DNA from: Sphagnum compactum
Taxonomy: Eukaryota
Assembly (NCBI GenBank): GCA_965153455.1
Contig: OZ234493.1
Span: 20,140,213-20,204,212, forward strand
Direction: 5' to 3'
DNA length: 64,000 nucleotides
Part shown: one piece after another, positions 40,894 to 52,448 of the stretch
How the letters are laid out: the number at the start of each line of letters is the position of its first letter
Position numbering within the stretch: the first letter of the stretch is position 1
The notes under the pieces: model-generated
Seen by the model: the letters and a program-made list of their open reading frames with translations, nothing else
Databases searched by the model: none
What the model was told of the DNA's origin: nothing
Position numbers and translations under genes: made by a program

Positions 40894-41500
40894 TTAGCTT
40901 GTCCCTAAATCCTCTGCAATTTTGCGGTAGAATGCACCTTTGTTCATCAAGCATGTCATCAAGTTGTGGGTAGCAAGAACTTGGCAAGATTTATGAATGT
41001 GAGCCAGGATGAGGTCAATGGATCGTTGCGTAGATTTGTAGGCTAGTTCCAAGATTTACAGTTAGGCAGGGAAACCTTGTCTTCACTTTAAACCCATGTT
41101 TTTTGCCAGGGCTGCAAGCAAACCTTCTAGGATTCCTGAATAATCTTGAAGAAAAGTTCTTCAAACCATTGCACTAGTGTGCTTGGTTTTCCTCATTCAG
41201 ATGATTTTTTAACCAAAAGATTTGTCCTCCATGTATCATGTTGCATCTTCATGGGAAATGCAAGGTATCTCTTCTGTGCATTTGTTGTCTTTATACATGG
41301 CACCATTTTCTGGAATGACATGGATTTACAAGTTTCTGTTGAAGGTGCCTGAACATGTGTATGACTGTCATTGTTGACGCTGCTGTTGTTCAAATCATAC
41401 ATCAGTTTTGCTTTTTTTCTTAGCTCTTTATGGTTGGGTTTCCTCTTTTTTCTTGTTTGCTATATGTTGTCAGAAAAGAAATCTCAATCACCTTTATTTA
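40894..41500 (-). pseudogene. Frameshifted coding remnant of an unidentified protein (C-terminal part)
   Basis: Protein-like stretches in shifting frames: KKRKPNHKELRK, LQDYSGILEGLLAALAKNMGLK and ILELAYKSTQRSIDLILAHIHKSCQVLATHNLMTCLMNKGAFYRKIAEDLGTS* (TAA 40896-40894). The family is not recognised. Confidence 0.4.
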
Positions 41501-42036
41501 TAGGGTCATCAGATCTGAATTCAATTCTCAATTCTACTTAGGTTGCCTTTGAACACAATCACAGAGAAATTCTCAGTACTTAGGAAAATATGTATCATAT
41601 AGGGGATGATAAAAGGGCATGTCCAAGGAGTTGAAAATAACCTGCAAATAATATTGGATTTCAATTGTTCAAACTGCAACTTTCTAGTACTTAGCTGAAA
41701 TGGGAGCTTGCTCCTTTGAAAGCTATGCATAAGAGCAGGGTGCAGTCTAAAAAGGAACAAAATTGTCATTGCAACTTTCACAACCGTAGTTTTTTCCTAA
41801 TTTGTGAGCAGACTCACATTATGGCCCTCTCTGTTACCTTATAGGTACCTAGTGTTCAATGACCACAGACACTTTCTCCTGCCAATCCTAAGTTTCATGT
41901 TCAATATTCTTGTCAACTGCTAAATGAACTTCATCAGATGTAGTCTCTCCTGTTAGCCTAGCACATTCCAACAAATCTGTGAAATACAAGTCTGGACTCT
42001 TGTTTGATTATTGAATATAAGGTCATCCTGCTTAAC

Positions 42037-43518
42037 TTGGAAGGAGAACAGAGTCAAAGCTGAAGCAGCATTACCTGCTGCACATCTCTGCTTAAGAGAT
42101 GGAGGCTCTGGGGGTGGAGGCCCTGCCACCATCTCACCTTCCAGCATATTGATCATGCCAATGTTCAAAAACCTCCTTTGCACCCCAAGACTGCAAAGTC
42201 TTTTGTAACTGGTCCCAATTCACCTCTGCATTTTGTGGGTTGTCATAAATTGCAGCCAGCATGGAACCCAGAACAGGTTGCTGAGGCAAGAGCCTCCTGA
42301 TCCAGGTCCTTGGGGTTGCTTCTCTGCTGTAGGCTGTAATAAAGAATTAAGGAAAAGCATCACACAAGGATGACATTACTGTCAACAGTAACGCTAGAAA
42401 GAAAGCTCTTCTATGCAATTTCTGCATGAAAGACTATGTGTGCAACATGTTGGAAACATGCCAGATGGAAAGAAAAGGATACTGTAAGGAGATCAGCACA
42501 ATTTGGGTGTTTTGAAGCATGAAGTCCTATTTCTTATCAATGACATCTAAATTCTGGAATTTTGCATCTGAAAAAGAAAATGTGGCAAACCCTATTGAAG
42601 AGGTTGTCATTAGCAAGATAAACCATGTGAAGTTGTGGCTCAACATCATCAGTTGCAAGGATTCTACCCTTCAGGGCCTCTTCCAATGCTGCTCTGAAAG
42701 CTGCTCTCTGCATGAACCAGAGCATTGCCCCTTTTGACTGATTCTTCTGTGCCGGTCAGGTAATCCATCACACCTTTGAGCTCCAGTGTGATCTCTGGAG
42801 GAAAAGGTCCAGGTGGACCTGTAAAAGGTGCATAATTAACATTCTCACTGGAATTAGTTATACAATGGTTGAGGGTGATGCTGAGGATGAGAAACCTTCA
42901 TGGTGGAGGGAAAGGACTGGAATCTCCAGCACCTCCCGCCGCACTCATTGATGGCTTCATTGCTGGCCCAAGTGAGGGATCTATGCAATGATCAAGGGGT
43001 GCACAAACCTGATTCAGCAGGGTGCGCATTTCCTGATGCATTTGGAGTTGCAGGGGTTAGTGTTGGAACTAAGTGGAGGATTGATCATGAGCCAGAGGTT
43101 GTGACAAATAATGAGCACATCGCTCTGCCCCAAACAAAAATGCATATGCCAGATTCTCCTTCCGCTTCTCCCTCATCAATGTTTAAAATTTGGGGGCCAT
43201 TTTCCACAGCCTATTCCACAAGCTTCTCTACTCTTTTCTGGAGGTAAGAATCTGCAGGTAGTTGAGCAGGAGCAGGAGGGGGATCCCCAGGGTCCAAACA
43301 AAACCTAGACCTAAACCTAATACTGCTCCTGGAGCTTTGGGTTGAAGAGACTGAGGGGACTTGGGCATTGATGTTGCAGGTGCTCAGAATGGGTATGGAC
43401 CAGCATGATAAGGAAATGGAGGAAGAGGAAGAGTGTACTGATGTGGTCCAGCCATGCCTCCACTACTACCTTGCTGCTGCTAAAGGTACAAATGGCCATA
43501 TCCTTGCCATGGCTCCAT
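42037..43518 (-). pseudogene. SURP/SWAP + CID (RPR) domain protein pseudogene (CHERP-like splicing factor)
   Basis: A Pro-rich N-terminus follows a likely ATG at 43518. SURP: PADSYLQKRVEKLVE*AVENGPQ/LMREKRKENLAYAFLFG. CID: GPFPPEITLELKGVMDYLTGTEESVK/GAMLWFMQRAAFRAALEEALKGRILATDDVEPQLHMVYLANDNLFN | LQQRSNPKDLDQEALA/PVLGSMLAAIYDNPQN..LQKTLQSWGAKEVF. A GT-AG intron spans 42590-42334. Lesions include an in-frame TAG at 43213-43211 and several frameshifts. Confidence 0.88.
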
Positions 43519-44139
43519 TCTGCAAGGGAATCTCTAGACCAAAAAAGGAAAACAGATATGCCTCTTGTAGGTTTCTTGAAATCATTCCAGCCATGATGCA
43601 AGGAAAGAAGTGTACAGGAATTTGCACACTTGCCAATGTCAGGTGGATGTCCATCCATACAGGAGAAGTTCCTCTGGCCATTGCTTCCTCCCAATTCTGC
43701 AACTTGCAACAATTTTTCCATGCACAATTTTGTCAGTTTGCAAGTCATCAAATTCCATGTCTGCAGAAACCAAAGTTCCTTCTCACTGTATTGCCATGGA
43801 CTCCACTGATGATACAAAAGATGGTGCAATTTTATGAATTCTCCTCGATCAGCCCTGATGGAAAAAATCAACAGGCATAAATTGGCAGTCCTGACATAAA
43901 TCGCTGGTTGTTTTTGGCTCTTCCGACTCCATATCCATAATAGTCTCTTCAGTCTTCCTGCCATCGCGATCCCCGGAGCTTCACGAACGTCAAAGCAAGA
44001 AAGAGACCGAATTTTGGTGAACAGCAAACTCCCTTAAAAAGAGAGATTCACGGGCATGAAGCAAGAAAAGCTTGAATCTTGGTGAACAGCAACGAAATCC
44101 CTTAAACCTCCTGAGCACCAAGCACAACAGGCAGGAAGA

Positions 44140-44148
44140 AAACCCTAA
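44140..44148 (+). promoter_or_regulatory. Telo-box (AAACCCTAA) in the CpG-containing region between the divergent loci
   Basis: The exact motif lies ~400 bp upstream of the RTN4IP1-like ATG. Telo-boxes are known plant promoter/5'UTR elements, but function here is not demonstrated. Confidence 0.4.
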
Positions 44149-44538
44149 AAGCCCGTCCACGCATGCACGCAGGCACCCATCGACGAATGCACTAGCGCTC
44201 GAAGATACGACGAAAAGTGGTGGGTGGGGAAGATGAGGAAAAGCATCGTGGCATCGTCGGTTGCAACAACACTTTTCATCAGATTGGACACTTGGAGCTC
44301 CTATGGAAATGCGTGCAAGTCGCTGTTTCAAGCTTCCGATCTCTGCGGCCACGGTATTGAAGAAGAAGGACACGGGGGCTTGAAGTTTCTTTTTCTCTTG
44401 TTGGCTCGTGTGCAGATTCAGAAGCAGCATCAGCAGCAGCAGCTCAAGCACCTACCATCTACAGTAGTGAGGGTATGAGGAAAAGGTAAGATGAGCATTG
44501 AGCAGAACTAGAGGAAGAAAAGAGACAACCCCAACATC

Positions 44539-47127
44539 ATGTGGATGCAGCAGGGACTACAAGCTTGTGTGTTGCGTGGAAGGGTATGGGAATCTCTGGG
44601 CAAGTGCTATCTCACCACATGCAGAGCTGTAATTCTTCCCCGCTTTGGAGGCCCTGAGGTGAGATATATTAATCCTTTTACAATCCCACATTCTTTCCAG
44701 ATTCAAGCAGATGGAGGCAGCCATGTTGAATGATGGTTAGGGAACCAGAAGGATTTGATTGTTGCTCTACCTGACTACTACCGATTGCTGGACATAGGTC
44801 TTGGAAGTGCGGGAAGTTGTGGCTCTGCCAGAGTTGGGAGCATCAGAAGTCTTGGTACGCACACATGCAATAGGAGTCAATCCTCTTGATCTACGGGTAA
44901 GCATGCATTTTATGTTTTCTGGTTCTTTTGTGATTCCATCCTCGCTGTTGTTTGTTTATACCTGTGGGATTGCATTTTGTTCATGAGCATGCATGCAATG
45001 GTAGCAGCAGTGAGTGGTCGGTGCTCCTTGTTCTTTCTAGCTGGAAGCACAGGTCTCTCTGTGCTTCTGTCTTTGTGCAAATGGTTACTTCTCTTACTTC
45101 TCATGCCATTGACAAGCTTTCTTCCAGATGTTGTAGTTGTAGTTGTTACACTGACCAGTAGAGTAGAGTCATCCCTGAGAAAGTTGTAAGATGGATGCAG
45201 ATGCGAGGAGGTTATGGACGCTCATTGTTTGAGCCTCTGTTGCCACTAGTGATCGGAAGGGATGTGAGTGGTGAGGTGATGCAGTTGGGAAGCTCTGTTC
45301 AGCATCTTCAAATAGGGCAACAGGTGTTTGGAGCTCTGCAGCCAACAGCAACACAGGGAACATATAGCAACTACGCCATCCTCAATGAGGAACAACTGGC
45401 TCAGAAGCCTGACAATGTCTCACACATCGTGTGATTGCCTGCCACTGCCCATCACAAATACTCTGTCTTTTTTTCTGTTCTTGAACTCCTGCTCTGGGAT
45501 ACCTGTGCTGTGCATACTTTGCTTCCAAACTAAGTTGCTCCTTGATGAAATATGGCAGGAAGCTGCCGCAATCCCATTTGCTGCATTAACTGCATGGCGG
45601 GCATTGAGGAGTACTGCACAGATCAAGAAAGGGTAAAAGGACATTTGCAACTCTGCAATCACAAGGATTCCTCTACCATGTTTCTTGTCTATGTGTACTC
45701 TTTTTGTACTCAGCCCTAATCAGTCCAGACATGACATACTTAACAACATGAGTGAGTGCAATTATCTTTTGTACATATGAAGAGTGAACATAACCAAGAT
45801 TTGCAGCATCTCTCTTGGTGCAACAGGCAGAAGGTTCTTGTGATGGGAGGTGGTGGAGCTGTTGGACTTTCAGCCATCCAACTAGCACGAAGTGCAGAAT
45901 GCTATGTAGCATGCACTTGTGGCAAACGAAGCATGGAGCGTGTAAAGGAGGCAGGTGCTGAGGAGGCCATTGACTACACCACCCCGGTAACTTGACCCCC
46001 CTTCATCTCCATTAAGTCACCAGTTTAGGGCTGAAGTTATAAGGTTAGTTTTAGCCTCCCTGTTTGTGGGTGCAAGTGCCATATTTATCAAGCAGTTTCT
46101 GCAATGTTCCATGTTGCCTCTTGTCTGCATTGGTAATGGTTTTTGCACTTGCACTTCTCTCTTGCTTTCTGTTGTGCTTTTCTCGTCATTTTTTCTTTTG
46201 GCTTGCCATCAACAGATTCATGTTTGTTTTGCTGATAGAACATCAACTTGCAATTCAAGGACCGTTTTGATGTGGTTTTGGATACAATTGGGCTACCTGA
46301 GACTGAAGCTGCAGGCACTAAACTTCTGCAAAGAGGCGGACACTACCTTACCCTCCAGGTGTGCACATGAATACTCTAAGAACTGAAACCTTATAACCAT
46401 AAGTGCTGGCCCTGTTTCTCTCTCCACTCTGAGGGCCCCAAGTCTGAATCAGGAATTTTGATTTTTCCCTTTCAGAACTTCAAGACACAGTCAAGTTCCA
46501 TTGTGCAATGGCAGAGTTTGTTGCCTATGAATGAAGTCGTTTTCTTCAGAGATATTATCTCTGTTTTTCTGTTGTAGTTCTCCAGCAGTTTATGGTGTGC
46601 TCTCACAGTGCTGTATGGATCCAGGGTGAGACTGTGGCTTTGGCAGATGCGTATGGCCTAGTGGCAGGTGGAGCTGCAGCAGCAGCTGTGCTGTTCAGGA
46701 AGCAAGTGCAGTATCGGCAACAGTATGGAATTGGTGAGTTTTTCCATCACATTAGGATTGCAGAAAGATAGTCTCAGTTTGTCAACTCAGCTTCTTTCTT
46801 ATGCACCTCTGGCTTTTTGGATTATTGGGTTTAACCATTTTCCAGTTATAGTGTCCCCCTAACTTAACTTTATTTCTTGCAATCAAGCAACTGTGATGTT
46901 CTCAGTGTGTTGGTGGCATTGTAGACTACTGGTGGACAATTATGAGGACAGATGCAGAAGCATTGGAAGAAATAGCAAGGCTTATAAAGAATGGACAGCT
47001 TAGAGTACCTGTTGGGCACATACTTCCATTGGAAGAGGCTGCAGAGGCTCATAGGGTGATTGAAGGAAAGAAAGCACATGGCAAAGTTGTCTTAGAAGTC
47101 AAAGACAGAGTTGCAACACCAAGTTGA
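44539..47127 (+). CDS. RTN4IP1: Reticulon-4-interacting protein 1-like NAD(P)H quinone oxidoreductase (MDR superfamily), probably mitochondrial; 8 exons, 370 aa
   Basis: Exons 44539-44658, 44798-44896, 45201-45428, 45559-45632, 45827-45986, 46239-46358, 46625-46733 and 46925-47127 are all GT-AG and phase-consistent (1113 nt). Motifs: RAVILPRFGGPEVL, VNPLDLRMRGGYGRSLFEPLLPLVIGRDVSGEV, EAAAIPFAALTAWRAL, VLVMGGGGAVG (Rossmann), FDVVLDTIG, AHGKVVL. The choice of start codon is less certain. Confidence 0.93.
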
Positions 47128-49067
47128 AGCTTTGTCAGAGGTGGAGAACAGAGAAGGCAGGAGATGTTACTGTCACCAATTCTTTTGAGGTCTGCTTCAT
47201 CTACACTTGGACATGGGATCTCCTCTGAATCAAGTGCTGTACAGCGTCACTTGGTTAAGACTTCACTTCTCCACGGCAGGCTAGAGAGCAGAGCAAAATT
47301 CCTTTCCACATATGCTCCATATGGTGGTGAGGCGTAGAAGGTAGGGAGTTGTAAGTACTTGCACAGAGACTGCAATAACAAGGGACTATTATTGTCTGGA
47401 CATTGCAATGAGAAAGTCAAAGAGAAACTTGAGAGGAGGGAAGGAGCAGCATCCAACATGTGTATCAGAGGAACAACCACCTCCTCCCCCCTGTTTTATG
47501 AACATGAGCTAGCTAGATGAAACACATGGTAGATTCTAAAGCTTGGTGATATGGTAAGGAGAATGTTAAACATGCCAAGGGTTTTGAATGTTATTAGTAC
47601 GAAAGGACTACCCAACATCACCATGACATCATCCTTCCCCTCGCCCTCGTAACTTCCAAGTCCTCTGTTTGCCTTGGTCTTTTATCTTGATACAATAGCA
47701 TTGATCTTTGGCCATTTCTCTTGAGTCCTCCTAGCATGTGTCATAACTTACTCTTCCCAAAGCTGCTTCTGAAAATGCATCAGAGAATCAGGATGCTCAT
47801 GTTTGTATACTAGTGTGCCTGAAATTTTGGGTGGAGTATCAAATAATTATCTCTACCCATCTTTCGACAATCACTGATGAAGTCAGTGGGGGAGTCATGG
47901 CTGCTTATCACCACCGTTCATGATGAACAAGGTGCTGGGGTCCGAAGGTGTGGTCCAACACTTGGTGAGCAACTCTCATAAGTAAATTACCACACTTATT
48001 ATTATTGTGTTGCCTTCCAAGGTGTTGTTTGGTGGAGTTTTCTCTGTGCTCTCATAGATATGATCTTCAATCAGGAGATGAAGGGATCCATGTGGGCAGC
48101 AGCCAACCAGTAAATATTGGCATGATGTTTGGTTAAACCCCTGAATTGTAGGACTTTTTTTGTTTCAGAACAAGAAGCATGAGAGAGAGAGGAGGGGGGA
48201 GAGCATGTGTTGGAAAAAGGTTGCTAATCTCTTGGCATCTCTGTGTTGCTCCCTTGCCATCTCATCCATTTCCCATCTGGATCTGAGCCCTGGAAGCGTC
48301 ACCTTCTTCTCTCTCTTCTCTCTTCCTCCCCCACACAAACACACTAGTGCCGCCACAGCTCCTTATATTGTAAACATTGCAGCTCTCCCTCTCTCCTCAT
48401 CATCCTCTTCCGCCCATCAAGTATTATTATTCAAAGCTTGTTCAATCCTCTGTTTCTGAATCCAAAATTTGCTTATTGCTTGCTGTTCTGGTAAATTTTT
48501 GCCTCAAATTGTGCCAAGCAATGATGGATCTTGCAACTGTTGTTAATTTGAGTTTTTCAGTTGCAATCAGGCACTTGTGAGCATTTCATTTTCAAGTGGG
48601 TTTAGATTGGTTTCTGAGGATTGAATTTGCTTTCTTTCATCTTGCACTAGAAGAAGAAGAAGAAGAAGCAGAACAGCAGCAGAAGAAAGGTTAGCATCCT
48701 CTCTTCTAGGGTCTTGGTTTGCAAAGAAGACTATGAAGATGAAGGAGGCTTGGTTCCGTAGCTCTTCAAACCTGGAAGAAATGGTAATGTTAGCTGGTCT
48801 CTTGGATCAAAAGTGTGCCACTTGAATGTTCTTCTTTTCTTCCCCCTTTGCCATCTCGGAAGCCTCTCTCTCTATATCCCCTCTTGCAAGCACCATCTTC
48901 TTCTCTCCTTCTTCCCTTACTAGTGTGCCACAGCTCTGGCTGCTTTACAGCAGCTCTTTCTGGATGCAATCAGCTCCTCCATGAAGAAGAATTCAAGCAC
49001 CTAGTATTCGTTCACTTTACCTGCGGATCCTTCTTATCTGCCATTTCAAGTTGCAGCAGCAGCAGCA

Positions 49068-52000
49068 ATGGATATATGCAACGATAATCCAGGACCAGGG
49101 GCATACACACCCCAACAGAATTCCATCGGGACGCAAGCACCTATCTACTCAATCGGCGCAAGATTGAGATCCAACATGAGAGAGGATCAGCCAGGTCCAG
49201 GCACTTACAATCCGCGTCACAGCGACCACGGCCCAGCTTACTCCATTCCAGGCCGCGGCGATAAGAGACTCGGCAGCGACAATCCAGGACCAGGCACCTA
49301 CTCAGCGAGCACGGAATTCACCAAAAACGCTCCACCTTGCTACAGCATTGCGGGGCGCTTGGTGAACCGAGCGCTGGACAAGAATCCGGGTCCAGGGGCG
49401 TACAATCCCAGGGTGAGAAGCGCTGCACCGGCTTATAGTCTGGCTGCCAGAGGACGCGACTTGGCAGCAAGCAAGACGCCAGGTCCCGGCACCTACAACA
49501 ACATGACGCCCTCGGGTGCGCCTGCTTACAGCTTGGCCATGCGCACCAAGGAATCACAGAGCCAAGACTCACCAGGACCTGGTGCCTATGATCCCAGCGT
49601 GCATTCCTGTGTACCGGCTTACAGCCTCGCCAAGCGCCTCGACCCCGCCCACCTCCCCAACAATCCAGGTCTGCTCTGCGCTCCTCTGCTCTGCGTGGGC
49701 TTTCCTTCCTTATCTCTTTTCCCTGTTCCCTCGCTCGTCTGGGCTATCGTTTTGCCTTTCTTCCACACACCACGAAATCTGCTGCAACAATAATCTTATG
49801 TGTTCTTTTCTGTCTGTCTGTCTGTCTGTTTCTTTTCTTTTTGCAGCGAGAATGCAACTGAGATTCTCGTTGTAATTCTCTTGCAATTTTCGTTGTTCCA
49901 GTAAAGGTTTTGAGAAATTGTTGGAGAAAGTATGTACAATTTGCTGTTGTTTTTCTCCTTCTGCTCAGATACATCAAAGTAGTCGTGTCAATGGCATAGG
50001 TATCTAGAGATCTGTCTATCGTTTTCTTTCCATCTGTAGTTCCTCAATTCTGTACTGAGAATCATCAAAGTACTACCAGTAGCATTGGTGTCTGTAGACT
50101 GTAACATTTGTTTGTTTGTTTGTTGCATTCAATTTTCTTCCAGACTCCAAAGTGCAAATGAAGTATAGAAAGTTTATTGTAGGGAGGGGGATGGGAAGAA
50201 GCTCATTGTGAAATGTGGTGTGTGAGTTTTCTCTTGAAGACAAAATATTCTCCGGTAGCAATGTTGAAGAAATCCCAGGAAGATCTGATATTTTAGTAGG
50301 AGAGAGTCCATCCTTGCTTGTGGAATTCAACAAAAGAAATCCCAGGAAGAAATATATAGTTTGGTAGCAGAGATTCAATCAATCCTTCAGAAAGCAAACC
50401 TCCAAGCCAATTCAGATCATCATGGGAGTTCAAGATTTCTGTGTTTCCAGGAGCTTTTTTCTGCTCATCTCCTTCTGAAATTAGAGAGTTACTTTGCCCA
50501 TCTGTGTAGCTTAGCTAACTGGTTACAGGTGTTCATACAACATTTGCACAGCTGCGGATTGCCTTTGTTTGTCAAAATCACCCATTATTCATGCAGATTA
50601 TTGCAGTAATAATAATCATGTTTTTTCTTGAATCTAGATTCAAACCTTCAAGAAAATTCAAGGACAAGGCTTTTTGCTTTTCTATAGAAATCCATAGACA
50701 TCTCCACATTGAAACTTTGCAATAGTTATTGATGAAACTTTGTGGACCACTTGATTGATTCAGGTCCAGGAACTTACAACATGAGCAAAAGTGAGCGAGG
50801 CCCTGCTTATAGCATCAGTGCACGGATGCAAGACAAGACGAGTTATATTGGTCCAGGACCTGGAGAGTATGACCCAAATGCAAAATCTGGAGCACCTGCT
50901 TACAGTATCGCTGGGAGGTTAATCAACCCTTTGGCCACAGATTACCCTGGACCTGGAACTTATGATCCAAGTCAAAGACCTGGAAGTCCTTGCTACAGCC
51001 TGGCAGCTCGCTTAGCCTACAAAGCACTAGATAAAAACCCAGGGCCAGGGGCATATAATCCCAAGATCAAGTCAGGTGCACCAGCTTACAGTTTGACAGG
51101 GCGAGCACATGGATTGGCAGGAGACAAAAACCCTGGACCTGGCACATATAACCCAGATGTGCATTCTTGTGTGCCAGCTTACAGTATTGCACTCCGATTT
51201 GATCACTTCAAGATAAATGACAATCCGGGGCCTGGAGCTTACAGCCCTGATAACAGAATGCAAGGCCCTGCTTTTTCCATTCGAGGTGCTCTACCTTGTG
51301 CAAAAGGTGATCAGTACCCTGGTCCAGGAGCTTATGACCCAGAAGTTCACTCATGTCAACCAGCATATTCTTTAGCAGCAAGGTTGCCTGGGCGTAGTAC
51401 TGATGATCAGCCAGGTCCAGGAACTTATGATTTGAAGCCGACATTTAGTGGGCCTTGTTTCTCCATTCCTGGAAGAGGTAAAGGCTTGCCTGATCAAGGT
51501 ATGCCTGGGCCTGGAACATACAACCCGGAGGTGCACTCATGTGTACCAGCTTATTCTCTTGCTGCTAGGCTTGAACCCCATGCAGGCGAAAAAACTCCTG
51601 GTCCAGGAGCATACCAACCTAATGTGAAATCTGGAGCTCCATGCTATTCACTTGCTGCACGGGCAAATGACCACAAACTTGATCAAACTCCTGGACCTGG
51701 GACATATAATCCTGATGTGCACAACTGTGTACCAGCTTACTCTCTTGCTGCTAGGCTCAATTCAGCACCCTCTGATAGAGGCCCAGGCCCAGGGACTTAT
51801 GACATGAAGGCATCAACTGGAGAGGGCCCTGCATACAGTTTAGCAAAGAGGTTGAACATTTGTCACAATGAGGGACAACCTGGTCCTGGGGCATACTCAC
51901 CGAACACAGGCTCGGGTGCCCCAGCCTACAGCATTGCAGCTCATCTCAGGCAGGGACAAAGCTTCATTGGTCCTGGTCCTGGTGAGTATGAACCAAATGT

Positions 52001-52448
52001 GAAGTCTGCAGCACCCGCATACACTCTTGCTAAACGAGGCATTGGGCCTCCTGGGAATGATTACCCAGGGCCTGGCACATATACACCTGGCTATGGTAAA
52101 GATGGTCCTGCATATACCTTAGCAGCACGCAATGATCTTGCTTTCCCAAATAAGAATCCAGGACCTGGGACATATACCCCAAAGATTAAATCTGGTGCTC
52201 CAGTTTACAGCTTGGCTGCACGAGCAGGTCCAGGCCATAGTGAAAATACACCAGGGCCAGGCACTTATCAGTTACCCATTGAAAAGATGGTTGCATACTC
52301 CATTGCAGGCAGGTTTCCTGAGTCAAGGTCTGACATGACACCTGGACCAGGTGAGTACAATGTGAAGAGCAAGAGATCAGGGCCTGCTTACACTATCCTT
52401 GGGAGGCATCCTCGACGCTGTCAAAGACAAAAACCTCTAAAGGCCTAG
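49068..52448 (+). CDS. SHIPPO-repeat (ODF3/CIMAP-like, sperm-tail PG-rich repeat) protein; 2 exons, 761 aa, 24 PGPGxY repeats
   Basis: Exon 1 is 49068-49668 (CCAG|GTCTG) and exon 2 is 50764-52448 (TTCAG|GTCCAGGA). The phase-1 junction restores a PGPGTY repeat. The frame is 2286 nt and open. The unit is ~31 aa, xPGPG[ATE]Y-x8-P[AC][YF]S[LI]xxR-x8, matching the SHIPPO repeat. Confidence 0.92.

Noticed and set aside
43317-44027. 236-aa (-) and 170-aa (+) ORFs as genes
   Set aside because: They are off-frame or antisense to the frameshifted coding remnants and show no motif of their own.
49669-49793. Hydrophobic C-terminal tail of ORF 49068-49793 as a membrane anchor
   Set aside because: It is read-through into the intron. 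Splicing at 49668/50764 restores the repeat register exactly.
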